Of a stretch of DNA of 64,000 nt, positions 11,926 through 24,400 are shown piece after piece (within the stretch, counting starts at the first letter, position 1; each line of letters opens with the position of its first letter). The position numbers were made by a program, and so were the translations under genes. The notes under the pieces are model-generated. The model worked only from the letters and a program-made list of their open reading frames with translations. It made no database searches and was not told where the DNA came from. The stretch spans positions 126,544,001 to 126,608,000 of the forward strand of contig CM059431.1 of assembly GCA_030390025.1 (NCBI GenBank), read 5' to 3'. Source of the stretch: Squalus acanthias (Eukaryota).

Positions 11926-12194
11926 ATTCTCTCTGAAAACAACGAAATGGAAATTTTATTTTACAGTCAAAATTGAATTCTGGATTAGGCGGGTTTACTT
12001 GGTGTCCAGCTTAATTCGGCACACAATCCGAGTACGTGAATTAACTTTTGGCTCTCTGCAATCCTGCTCAATGTGATGTACACCTTGTAACATTTTGGGA
12101 TTCCTTGTATCTTTTTTAACTCGATATATTTGTAGGCTTTCATATTTCAGACTACTGTCATAGATGAGCCTTAGTTCACTGTATCTCAAATGTT

Positions 12195-12930
12195 GAGCAG
12201 GAATTTCCGCGAGGTTGCGCTGATTTTTTTGCTAGGACGTGCTGGACTGAAATCGGCCAAACCAGCGCAAAAGATCGAGGAAATTCAAAAGCAAATTACG
12301 TCCAGCGCAAAATCAAGTTTCCGCGATCTTTAGCACTAGTTTAAAATACATCACGTTTGAAGCCAGCTCTGCTCACAAAACTGGCCCCGTCCCCAGATCA
12401 AATTAATCACCATTGGGAGTTTCAGCTAATTGCGCCCGTTAGTGGGTCTCTGAGGATGCTCTGAAAATTAAGCTGTTTTCTTAGGCGCAAGGACACTAAT
12501 AGGAATGTTATAAAACCTTTTAAATATTTTTTACTTTACTAAGAAACTGACTACTGTACACCAATGAAACTAGTAAATGGTTCTGTATCGTTTTTTAAAG
12601 TCATTTTCAGTTATTTAAAATACAGGTGGTGGACTAGACACTCCGATTAAAAAGGCTTATTTTTAGTTAAAAACCATTTTCAGCTGTATTAGTCAAACTG
12701 CACCAGGTTACCACTCTTGCATACATCAAGGAATATTTTTTAAAACAATTTTTTTTTAAAATTACATTCTGAAATGCTGCCTGATTGCACTGGTTCATGG
12801 CAGATTTTCTTTTCATCCATATTCAAATGAGTTAGAATTGAGCAATAAATACACTTCTTAAAAGTAGCGCAATTTGGAGCAATACTTGCGCCCGGATCGC
12901 TGATTGTGCCCAAAGTGGAAACTCTTGGCC
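12195..12930. mobile_element. Non-autonomous DNA transposon (Harbinger-like MITE)
   Basis: Inverted ends GGAATTTCCGC / GTGGAAACTC. A second copy lies at about 36725-38192. Confidence 0.6.
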
Positions 12931-12980
12931 GTTGCCTTTGATTCTTAATATCAAGGTAATGATATATATTTAATAACAAA

Positions 12981-13634
12981 GGGCTAGAAATTCAATAGGT
13001 TAGCGCCCCCAGTTAGCACCTGGTGGGGGCACTAATGGGACGCTCAGGCATTAGTGCCATGGTGGGGCGAATCCCGCGCCGCACGGCAAATTCGCCGGCC
13101 CCGTAGCACCAGCGATAACAGTTAGTGCCTCGGTCCCTTTCGCCATGCAGATCATGACGTCAGCAAGTGTGCAACGCTCGCTGGGCGCCTGATTAGCAAA
13201 CTTCAGTAGCGCCCCCTGCCTTACTGCCTCACGCCGACAGTGAACCAGCTGGCTGGCGGCTGGCGGGGCGCTACTTAAAGGGATGCGCCCCAGCTGTCAA
13301 GGAACTTCTGTTCCAAAGGTCAGTTATGAGTGGCAGAGAGCGCAGGATGTATCTGCAGCCAAATAAAGGCTGCTTAGTCCCCGGAGTGTTACAGGCCGTC
13401 AAAGGAATTTGCATTTCATCCCACAACATATTGCCATTCTGCACTCCCCGAATCATTGGGGGCTGGTGTGCAGACTCCAGTGACCCTCCCCTTTAATGGC
13501 TGGTAGGCGCCTGCGCCAATGCTCATTGCTAATTACACAACACCTCATATTCATTAACGATTAGAGCCTAACACCAAACTTCACATTTCTCAAAAGTTAG
13601 CGCTCCTTCCTGGGCGCTACTGAATTTCTCCCCC
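12981..13634. mobile_element. Harbinger MITE
   Basis: TIRs GGGCTAGAAATTC / GAATTTCTCCCCC, 3-bp TSD AAA, subterminal TAGCGCC-type motifs. Confidence 0.75.
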
Positions 13635-15367
13635 AAAGATACTTTTTCTTAGCTTATTTCAGCTACTGGTTCTATTCTGTGCCTTTATGGGATCCTCCTT
13701 GTGTTTGTAAAGCTGCAGATTAACTGCAAAAGAAACTTAGGAAATGTTAGAAGGAACACAATGTGTATTTTTTAAGGTAGTTGTTAAGCTTAGCCTGCTC
13801 CTTATTGTAATAGATAATAACAAACAGTTTGCAAGCGTTAAGCTAAATGACAATATATGTATTTTTTCTTATGTAGTGGTTGTTTTTCCTTTTCTCAACA
13901 ACGGTGGAAGCTATCTGGCTTCACTAAATGTTTTTAAAGGCTCCAGATAACATCTGTTGAAAATAACATCTGTTCAAAGGCTTCACATGGACTCACTTGA
14001 CTTGAAAAATGCAGGCAGCTGAATACCAAAAAACTGGACCTGAGCAGAATTTAAACAACTGTTTTAGTTATCAGAATGCTAATCAAGAATGTATCTGAAC
14101 TATTCACACAGAATGCTTGGGTCCTTCTCGTGGACACCTGCCTTCAAACAAACTGATTACATGGGCAATAATTTTGTCAAAAATTAGTTAGAATATTCTT
14201 TTATGAGTGAAGCTGGTTTTTAATAGCACATAACATAACAGAATCAAGGAGGATTCATACTGAGCTAAATCTTACACAAAAATGCTTATTTTTTGTGACA
14301 GCCCTATTAAAAGAAAAACAGTTGGCAGGGGAGGGGGAAATGAGAATTAGGGTCATATTCACTTTTTTTTTGAGCAAACTATTCATCATCCTTATTTTAG
14401 CGATTTTAATGGACCCAAATTAAAATGATAGGTGTGCACAATTTTACCAAAGGTCATGTGGTGCAGTATAAATGCAGTATGGAATTAGAAGAAAAATGGC
14501 CAATCAGAATGCAGTTGTAATAATGCTACTTTCATACTACACAAGTGGCTCAATTGCCAATTAATTGGTATAATTGATGCATGTTTCTGTGATCTGGTGT
14601 ATGCAAAATGAAAATGTGGAGAATGCTGATTTATTCACAAGGCATTGTGTTCAAGCAAAAGAAGCTTCAGATCCAAAACAAATGTTGCTCTTCCAGTTTA
14701 AATTGGCAATCCGCTTTACACACCGCCCGATTTTGATTTCAATGGAAAGAAACATTGGCCGAATTGTAAAACAGGCTGCCGATTTGCTATCGCCTGTTTT
14801 ATGCTGCCGTCCAAGACAAATTTGTAACCCATGCTGTTCATCAGGCAGTATCATTTAATCTACTTGTCAATCACTGAAAACTCAATGGGCTCATGCATGG
14901 GGGTGGTTTTAACCATACTCGCTCAGCAGAAACCTGGCGGGTGGGTAGTTAAAATCGCCCTGGCTCTTACCTGTCTGAAAGCCGCCAGGATCGCAACATC
15001 TGCAATTTTAACCTGCTCTGCTGAGCAGGCAGCAAGGACACGCGCCCGGAGCCAACAGTGTCCTTCTTTCCACATGCATGCATCTACATATGCACGTTGA
15101 GGCCTGATAACATCATTGACATCCGACTGTAATTTTAACTCAGGCCTGAGCGGGGAATCCACCTGGAGTGAAAATGTTGTTTAATAACTTCTAATCTACA
15201 GCAGTAAATTTCAATGTTTACTATTAAATGATTAATGGAATTGGCAGCCTTGCGATGATGAAAAAGAGGTGATTGCGGGTGAAAGGTTGCATCAGTAACA
15301 TTAAATATTGCAGGCAAACAAGAAGTAATTTTCAGGTTTAAATTAAATTGATTAAATAACACATTGC

Positions 15368-16112
15368 AGGGGCAAAATTCAGTTGCTTAGCGCCTCCCGT
15401 TAGCGCCCTCTTAGGGCGCTAACGGGGCGCAAAGCAACTAGCACCTGGGCGCGGCGCCGCTAACGCCTCCTGCAAATTTCAGCGTGAGGTTAGTGGCAGC
15501 AGTAACCGGTAGCGCCCTGCGGCACTGCACCTCCGGCGATGACGTCATTGCCGTGCATGACGCGCCCCGCTCGCGCGCCGGCCGCCAACTTCAGTCGCAC
15601 CCCCTAACTTACCGCCAGACGTTATGTCCGACAGGGTCAGGGGGGCGTACGTGCGGCCGGGGCGGCGATATGTAAAGTGGAGATGCCAGATGGCCATTTT
15701 TGTTGCTGGCGGCCTGCCAGCACCTGCCCCCTTTGCCGTCCCGGCCTCCTCTGTAGCCCCCCCTGCGGGGTGCCGGCCGCACTCCATCATCGCGGCACTC
15801 AAGGGGAGTGCCGGGCTGTTTTGCTGGCACTCCGATCCCTGGTAGCCCAGCTGGGCCCCGGGTCACGCTGCCCTAGGCCCCTCCCCTTTAATAAGGGGAG
15901 GAAGGCCTGCAGTACCACGATGTGCCACAGCGTGTGCCGCGTTATTCACTGGTAGCACCCCAAGGGGGAGGGGGAATGCTTCCAGTAGCACCCCGCCTCC
16001 CTCTTGGGGCGCTACCAGTGAATTTCGGGCACGGGGGTGCTAACTTTTTCGGGGTGCTAAAAGTAGTGCCCCGGCGAAGTTAGCGCCCCCTTTTTTACAG
16101 AATTTTTCCCCC
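15368..16112. mobile_element. Harbinger MITE (GC-rich)
   Basis: TIRs AGGGGCAAAATTC / GAATTTTTCCCCC; many TAGCGCC motifs; related copy at 57489-58045. Confidence 0.75.
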
Positions 16113-16274
16113 TGGACATTTTATCAAAATGTTATCAAAATATAAACTATAAATTCGACTTTTTCTGTACTTCGGTTATGAAATGCAGATCTCCTGTGGT
16201 GTTACCTATGATAATTTAGAGACATGCGGAATGGTGATCATCCCTATTTTCAGGCTAAATGGGGCGGCAGCACA

Positions 16275-16440
16275 CTGGGATATAGAGGATTTGGCAAAGG
16301 TTCAGAGGAGGGTCACAAGAAAGATACCTACCTTAAAACACCTAAGTTACCCAGATAGGCTCAAAAAGCTAGGTTTTTTTACTTTAGACAAGCGTAGACT
16401 CCAAGGAGAACTGATGGTGCTGTTTAAAATAATGAAGGCC
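16275..16440 (+). mobile_element. Old CR1 RT C-terminal fragment
   Basis: LAKVQRRVTRKIPTLKHLSYPDRLKKLGFFTLDKRRLQGEL. Confidence 0.7.
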
Positions 16441-16814
16441 CCCGAAATCAATGCAAATTAATGTTAATGAATCTGTGACAAAAGTTATGAGGGAAAAATT
16501 CGGTATCGACCATTTTGGGGAGCTAACATCGCCTGGGCACTAACTTTAGTGTCAGCGACCGCAAAATTCAGTTTTATCGCCCCAAGAGGGAAGTGGAATT
16601 CGAAATCAAGCACTACACAATCCTCTTCGGGCGCTAACGTTGGAGAGCGAGGCACAATCGCAGAGCGCTACTCAAGTTCCGGCGCTGTCAATTACAAGTA
16701 CTCAGACAGACTGGCGCCTTCCAGTTCTTAAAGGGGAGGTTCCATCATGCTGCACAGCCTCACTCTGATCATTGCTGCTTGTGAACTGGGCCTGCAAGGA
16801 GCTGCAAACCATCC

Positions 16815-18153
16815 TTGAAGGATCTCGTGGTTGACCAGAGGCCCAGGGAGAGAGCTCGCCGGTTCAGTGACCAGGCTTTGGAGGCTCTGGTCGTGGCTGT
16901 GGAAATCCGACGGGCAGTGTTCTTCCCGGACACTGGCAGGAGGCCATTGCCACAGGACTTCAGGAGGATGTGGAGGGAGGTCGCCCAGTACGTCTCGGCC
17001 AGAAGCCTGGTCCACAGGACTCCCACCCATTGCCGCAAGAAGTTCAACGACCTCACTCGGGTGGTCAGGGTGAGTACATGCTTCAGAAACCTCGACATCC
17101 CACCATCTCAATCTCACTCTGTGCACAGACAGTATAAACCGCCAAATCCCCAACACGCACCCACCAACTATGCCCACCTACTAAAAGTCACATCCACATC
17201 TCACACCTTGCATACATTAACAGCTATTCAACTATGGTAGGCACATCTGCCAAACACATGTCTGCAGACTCACTCACATGCTGTCCTTTTTGTTGCAGGC
17301 CAACTTGCTCATAACAGGAGGGAGCAGCAACGCACGGGAGGAGGTCAGGCAGAGCTGCACCCCCTTACAGACCTGGAGGAACAAGTGCGCAGCATCATTG
17401 CGGCATAGGTCGTGGGTGCTGTGGCAGTCGGAGACGTCGACCCCCTTGGGGTCAACAATGGTATGTTCATCAACTCTCCCTCTTCTCTCAAACCACTTCC
17501 CCCTCCCACTTTCCATCTAAGTATACTGTCTCCTTTCCTTGCTCCCTTGCTGCCCCCCTCCCCTGACGTTAAACCCACTCTAATGCCTTTATGCTTTCAG
17601 ATAATCAGCCACCAGCTGACCAGCCTGTTCCTCAGCCTCCTGGTGCAGCGACGCGGGAGAGGAGGAGGAAGAACAAGCCAGAGCCTCACTGCCTGTGTCT
17701 CATGAGGGCAAGAGGTCTGACAATGGCCATCTCCCCGGAGGGTGAGTGCGCGTGCGAGATCTGCTGCACAGGACTCAGATGATGACCTCGAGGTTGAGGC
17801 CTTGACCACACAGGCGATGAGCATGCACACTGAGCTCATGGGTGCAATGGCAAGGGTGCCCGAGAGCATGGATGCACTGGCGAGGAGCGTGGAGGAGTCC
17901 GCCGCCAGCATTGCACTCATCTGTGCTCGAGCAGATTGCTCCGGATGCTGAGTTTCTGCCACAGGGGAGTGCCAGTGCGTCAGTCGAGCAGGAACTTGAT
18001 GTCCTCTCTCAGGATGACAGCATTCCTGCTCCCACCACTGCCACTCCACCATTGCACTTGCCACAGCCTGTAACCCAACCAGCCCAGATTGATGCCGCAC
18101 ATGCAGAGTTGGTGCAGTCTGCAGCCGGGCTTTCCAGGCCCAGAGCTGGTTGA
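16815..18153 (+). pseudogene. Harbinger Myb/SANT-like DNA-binding protein, 3 exons, disrupted
   Basis: RARRFSDQALEALV...WREVAQYV...RTPTHCRKKFNDL. Exons are about 16815-17069, 17299-17460 and 17601 onward, with GT-AG sites. Frameshifts in exons 2-3. Confidence 0.75.
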
Positions 18154-18608
18154 GGGGGTCCTGCAAGGCCATCTGCAGTCTCTGGCTCCCAGACTCAGCA
18201 GCCTTCCGCCAGCCTTGCTGCAGCCCCTGGGGCCACATTACGGGGGAGCAGTAGGGTTGGGAGCGGGGAATTCCAAAGCGGAGGGAGATCATTGAGGAAT
18301 AGCGAGTGAATAATACGGTATTAGCAAATGGGGGGAGTGTGTGTAAATAATATGATTTGTTTGTAAATATATTGTTGAGTTTGGTAACAAATAGTTCAGT
18401 TTGCTAAGAAAGAGTTGTGTTTGTTGATAAATTGTTGTGTTTGTTTATTATTGGTTGTGTTTCATAAGAGATTGTGCACAATAATCAATATTTAATTCGA
18501 CGTAGCACTTTTTGTGATGTTTCTCATTTGACCCTTGCCCAGTGATAGGGGCTGCGAGCTGGATGTAATGATGTGGTTGTTCTGCACAAAGACCATGTGC
18601 TGTCTCAT

Positions 18609-19777
18609 TTATTGGAAGCGCTGTGTAATGAGGCGATCATGAACGACCCTTGCAGAAGCAAGATTGAGTGGCTCCCTCCTATGTTGCTGCTGCTCATCCT
18701 CCTCTTCATCCTCCTCCTCCAATTCCTCCTCCTCCTCTCCCTCTTCCTCCTCCTGAGGTGGACCTGCAATCCTTGGTGGCAATGACTGTGCCCTCAGAAT
18801 GGCCAGGTTGTGCAGCATGCAGCACACAACTATGAAAAGGGAGACTCGATCAGGGGAGTACTGCAGGGCTTCTCCAGAGTGGTCCAGGCAGCGGAACCGT
18901 TGCTTTAGCACGCCGATAGTTTGTTCGATCAGGTTCCTGGTGGCACTATGGCTGTCGTTGAGCAGGAGTGTTGGGGTTGCGGAGGGGTGTCATCAGCCAG
19001 GTGGCGAGTGGATAATCCTTGTCTCCAAGCAGCCAGCCGCAAGCTTCATGTGGTGGGTAGAACAGTGCTGGGACACCAGTCTGTCGCAGGATGAATGCAT
19101 CGTGGCTGCTGCCAGGATAGCAGGCATTGACGGCGAGGATAAGCTGTCTGTGGTCACACACCTACTGAACGTTCAGAGAGTGGTAGCGTTTGTGGTTACG
19201 GAACACCTCTGCATTGTGATGAGGTGCCCGCAATGCCACATGAGTGCAGTCAATGACGCCCTGAACCCTGGGGAAGCCCGCTATCCTTGCAAAGCCACGT
19301 GAGCGTTCATCCTGTTTCTCTCTGGTCATGGGAATGAGATCTACTCCCTTCTCCTTCTGTACAGAGCATCTGTCACCTCTTGGATGCAGCAATGGATGGC
19401 GAACTGTGAAATGTTTGCAATATCCCCTGTTGAAGCTTGGAAGGAGCCAATGGCGTAGAAATTGAGAGGGACTGTGAGAGTTTCACTGCCACTGAGAGAG
19501 ACGTCCTGGTCCTGAGCTGAGGCTGGAGGTCTGGCTGCAGGAGGTGGCAAAGCTCCGTGACCACCTCTTTGCTGAAGCGGAGTCTTCTAAGGCACTGCTT
19601 CTCTGACAGATGAATGTAGGAAAACTGCTCCCGGAATACGCTGGGAGGGTAAGGTCTCCTGTTGAGAGCCCTGTTGGCCCTCCTCCCTCTGGCCATGTTT
19701 TCCAAACTTTCTCTCTGCCTCTGCTGCCTCCGACGGTGAAGCTGGGGGGCGAGGTCCCGTGCCAGTACAGCCCCCAT
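18609..19777 (-). pseudogene. HARBI1-like DDE transposase, frameshifted
   Basis: [58 protein letters not shown] and an acidic tail, spread across several frames. Confidence 0.9.
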
Positions 19778-20290
19778 TAAGTGATGGAAATGTTGCACTA
19801 TCAAATGTAACACAAATGAAAGTGATAATTTTTTCTCAGGAGTAAAACTCCTTCAAGTAGGAAAAGCTCAAATGGGTCAAAACACCTGTCTGCTTCTGTC
19901 AAACTGACAAGGCAGCATTGTTTGCCGACCAAACAAACCCGGAAGTTTACACCTTTAAATAGTGCTCCTCCAGCCCTCAGCCAACTGCAAACTGCCTCCT
20001 CTACCTGTTGTTCTTAACAGCTGAGGCAGGGGGCGAGGATGAATTTCCGGTCAGGGTGCTCCCGGGACGATGACGTCATGATCTCCGGCCGCAGGCGGGC
20101 GTGGCGATAGTGGTTAGTGCCTCCGCAAACCGCCAGGTGAATTTCACGGACGGCGCTAACATCGCCGCGCCATGGCGGTAAGTCGTTAGCGCCCCGTTAG
20201 CGCCCCCCCCCGGAGCCGCTAATGGGAGGCGCTAAGGTACCCAATTTCTAGCCCCAAGGTTTTTTTGGTACGTTTTTATTCAGTGTCTTT

Positions 20291-21185
20291 GGGAGAAAAA
20301 TTCAGTATCGCCCCATTTGGGGCGCAATTATCGGCTGTGCGCAAAGTTTAGCGCCTGGCGCTAATTATTGCCTCCGACTGCAAACTTGGCTTTTATCGCC
20401 CCTGGAGGTGATTGGAGCGCTAAATCAGGCGCTACACATCTGTCTTAAGGCGCAAAGGCCGAGGAGCGAGGCACTACCTCAGAGCGCTGGTGAAGCTTAT
20501 GTAATGTCAGTCAGCAATGGAACACAGACACAATGGCCCCGGCCAGTTCTTCAAGGGGAGGGTTGCTCTTGCTCTCCATCCACACCCTGCTCATTGCAGC
20601 CTTGAATCTCGGCCTGGAGAGACCTGTACATGAAATCTGCTGGAAAGAACAATGGAGAGGCCCAGGGAAAGAGCTCAGAGTGCAGCCCCCACAGTCTCTT
20701 CTAAATAGATGCAAGGAAGGGCAAATCAAAATGAACCTGCAAAGTGCTGCTCAGTACCCAAAACTCCTTCACACAGCATTGAATCTCTCCAGAAGTCTCT
20801 CTCCTCTCTCTCTCAGAATGCGTGGTGCAAAAATGTCACCAACAAAAAAAGTCAGGAAGCGTTCGCCTTTAAATAACGCTCCCCCAGTCCCTTCCTGACT
20901 GCAAAACGCTCCCCTCAACCTGTCGTTGCTAGCAGCAGGCGGTAAGGCAGGGGGCGCCACTCAATATCCGCTCCGGGGTGCTACCGGGGCGTTGCGCACT
21001 CGACTGACGTCACGATCTGCTGGCGCAGGAGATCGTGGCGGTAGTGTTTAGCGCCGCCGCAAAATGTCTGGTCAATTTCGCAAGAGGCGCAAACATCGCT
21101 GCGTCTGGACGCTAGTTGCTTTGCGCCCCATTAACGCCCTCTTAAGGCGCTAACGGGAGGCGCAAACCAACTGAATTTTTCCCCC
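20291..21185. mobile_element. Harbinger MITE (~0.9 kb)
   Basis: TIRs GGGAGAAAAATTCAG / CTGAATTTTTCCCCC, TSD TTT. A highly similar inverted copy lies at 50649-51563. Confidence 0.85.
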
Positions 21186-21785
21186 TTTCTCTTTAAAACT
21201 CAGTCTTGTGCTTAGGAAGATTAACAGTCAGCTAAACCAAAATCTTGCTTAACTTAATACGATGTTGCAAAGTAACAGCTTGAGAAGAACTCTAACACAC
21301 GATTTTGAAATATAGGCAGACTTCTTGATTAGTTCACTTTGAATTTGACTAACATTTCCTTTTGGAAATCGAAGTCCCAGTCATTTTAACAGCCTATAAA
21401 AAAGGAATGGTTCAATTCAAATAACCAGTTGGCAGCTGAAGAATCTCATGAAGATTGATAGTTGAAATCTCTAAGAGGTGATTGTATAAAGATTTCAGAA
21501 ACAAGAGGTTGATATTCCTGAAAGACAGGAGAAACACCTCTTCCATCGTAAAATTCTATTATATCACTATTGAATGATTTGTATTGTTTGTTTAATAAAT
21601 TTGCTTCAAATTTTAATTTTTAATCAAAGTATGATATGATGCTGCACTGCTTGAGCTGAAATAGGATCTTATGGAGACATAAGATAGTCCAGTGCTTAAA
21701 AGCAAATACCAAACAGGATCATTGTTTATTTACCAAGGCATGTTAATGAAAGCCTACCTAGACAATAAGGCATAGATAGACAGCA

Positions 21786-22235
21786 ATAACAACAACAACT
21801 TGCATTTATATACCGACTTTAACATAGTAAAATGTCCCAAGGCACTACAAAGGAGCAGTATCAGACAACATGTGACACTGAGCCACATAAAGAGATATTA
21901 GGACACATCAAAGAGGTAAGTTTGAAGGAGCGTCTGAAAGGATGAGAGAGAGGTAGACATGTGGTGAGGTTTAGGATGGGAGTTCCAGAGCTTAGGGCCT
22001 AGGCAGCTGAAAGCACAGCCACCAAATGGTGGGGCGAAGGATGTAGGGATGCGCAAGGGGCCAGAGTTGGAGGAACACAGAGTACTGGGAGGGTTGTAAG
22101 GCTGCAGGAGATTACAGAGGTAGGGAGGGACAAAGCCATGGAGGGATTTGAACATGAGGATGAAAATGTTAAACTCGAGGTGCTAGTGGACCAGGGGTCA
22201 TCAAGCACAGGGGTGATGGGTGAACGAGCAAACTG
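21786..22235 (-). mobile_element. L2-like LINE 3' fragment
   Basis: FKSLHG..PPYL, AFS.LGPKLWNS, KT.LF motifs; tail TATATAAATGCAAGTTGTTGTTG. Confidence 0.8.
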
Positions 22236-23699
22236 GCATGATGTCACCAGCACTTGTCTGGAAGGACTTCTGCTCATAAGAATTGTGAATTTAGGTGAAT
22301 TTGCAAGGTGCTACTAGTACTGTCCAGATGGCTCATTGGCCTGGATTTTTCTGAGTTACCATCCATTTTGGGATGGATTTGGGGAGGTAAACAGAGGAAA
22401 ATGCATTCATAAAAGATACTACCTCAAATAAAACTGCACCTGAAATTTCCTTCCAAAAAACTGGTCAGTGTCACAGGAGACTAAATAGTCCCAGTGAGGT
22501 CTGGGAAGCCCTGGGAAAGTGTTTTGTTCAAAGGATCTACTGAAGCATTGGTAGCTGCCATTCAGAAAGCCACCATTTTCCTGAGAAGCTTTTGCTGGAG
22601 TCTTGATGCTGCAGCAATTTCCAGGGCTGTCACAGTCTCCAGGGTTTTCTGCAGGTCATGAGAAACTTCCTACAAGATGTTGCATATGTGGTAGTGGACT
22701 CATCCTATTATCCATCATCCCAACCATATGCATGGAAACGGTCTCCACTTCCTCCACATGAGATTGATGTACCCAAATCATTGCTTTTTTGAAGATTGCG
22801 TTTCTAGGCTCCTCAGTTGGGGACAGTGGTTTCTCCCCCCTCCATGGTGGAAAGGCACTCTCCTTTTCCATTTTGAGGTTCTCATTCTCACTAGTGCTCC
22901 GTGACTCACCTAACCATGACCCTTCTGTTTAATTCCTCATGAGTGGGTGGGGAGAAATTCTACTTCAGCCCAAAATGGACGCAAAGTTGGGGAGGGTGGC
23001 TGCACTGCCTGCCTGTTTGTGTCGGTGCAAGACCTGAACCAAATTCGTTTTCAGGCCTCATTATCTTGCTGCTGCAAGCAGTGGGTGCCAAACGGGTATC
23101 CTCTGCAGCGCTCCTGCTCTGGGTGGTGCAATATGTGGCAACACAAAGGCTGACCAGGCTGGCAGGAAGGTAGGGCCCAGTGGGGGACTAATTGTGGTCC
23201 GGGAGAGCCTGAGGCAGCTGCGGCCAACCTTATTCTTGTAGAAAACAGAGGAGCACCCCTGATACACTTACCAAATAAAAATCTATCAGTCTCAACCTCC
23301 AACCTCGCCCTATCCTACGGGGCCTCCTGTCCATCTCTCTATTATCTAACGCCTGCAGGTTTTTGGTGATGCTGATCCTCCCTCAGTTGCCCATCTGTGC
23401 ATTTCTTTCCTTTGGAAGGAAATAACACAATATTACAGGCCATGAGTATCATGGAGACCCATACAAGCTAATAACTTGGCCCATTGAAGAAAGTGTCCTT
23501 AAAGAACAGTCGAAGAGGCAGGCACAGTAATTTGAGAGAGTGTTTTTGAGTGAAGAAAGTGCTTCAGCGTTTGGTGAGGTTGCCCTTAGCAGAAATAAGT
23601 TTTCTTGTCACCTAAATGCTGAGAGAAAAAGGACTCTGATAAGTAAAGAAGAGAGTGAAGATTGTCTGAGTGGTAGAGCATGTGTATTGGCACCAGAGC

Positions 23700-24400
23700 T
23701 TTGACTTACCTTGTTCACCCTTATGGGCTTATTGAACTTCTTTCTGCATTGTGTGGCATTTCTTGCGGTGATGGAGGTTGAATTGATTGCCTCTGCCACC
23801 TCCCTCCAGAAAAGAACAACAGCAACTTGCATTTAAATAGTGCCTTTAATGTAGTAAAACATACCAAGGAGCTCCACATGAGTGTAATCAGACAGGTGAT
23901 CAAAAGCTTGGTCAAAGAGGCAGGTTTTAAGCAGTGCCTTAAAGGAGGAGAGAGGTGGCGAGGCAAAGAGGTTTGGGACGGGGGGGGGGAATTCCAGAGC
24001 TTAGGGCCTAGACGGCTGAAGGCACCGCTGCCAATGGTGGGGCAAAGAAAGTGGGGGATGCACAAGAGGCCAGAGTTGGAGGAACACAGACTTCTGGGAT
24101 TGTAGGGCTGGCGGAGGTTACAGAGATGGGGAGGGGGGAGGCCATGGAAGGATTTGAACATGAAGATGAGACGTTGTTGGATCGTGGTGTGGCGTTGGTG
24201 GACCGTGAGCTAATGTAGGTCAGTAAACACAGGTACAGACTGCATTGCTCTCATATGGGGGCCTCCTTCTCTCAGTGTCCATCAGGCATTCCCTCCTGAC
24301 CCTCACTTCTGGCAGCAGCATCTCCACAGACTCATTGGAAAATGTGGAGGCCATCTACCTGCTACTTCTCCTTTGGTATCATGCTGAGAGGTGATGGATG
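23700..24400 (-). pseudogene. Old Harbinger Myb/SANT exon 1 remnant split by an L2 insertion
   Basis: WREVAEAINSTSITARNATQCRKKFN followed by a GTAAGT donor; the N-terminal part appears to lie right of the L2. Confidence 0.55.
23815..24232 (-). mobile_element. L2-like LINE 3' fragment
   Basis: FKSFHGLPPPHLCNL...GAFSRLGPKLWNS; same family as 21786-22235. Confidence 0.8.

Larger units (their letters stand above)
16489..20253. mobile_element. Near full-length PIF/Harbinger transposon (decayed), element H1
   Basis: TIRs GAGGGAAAAATTC / CAATTTCTAGCCC enclose a convergent Myb/SANT gene (+) and DDE transposase (-). No clean TSD seen. Confidence 0.85.
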
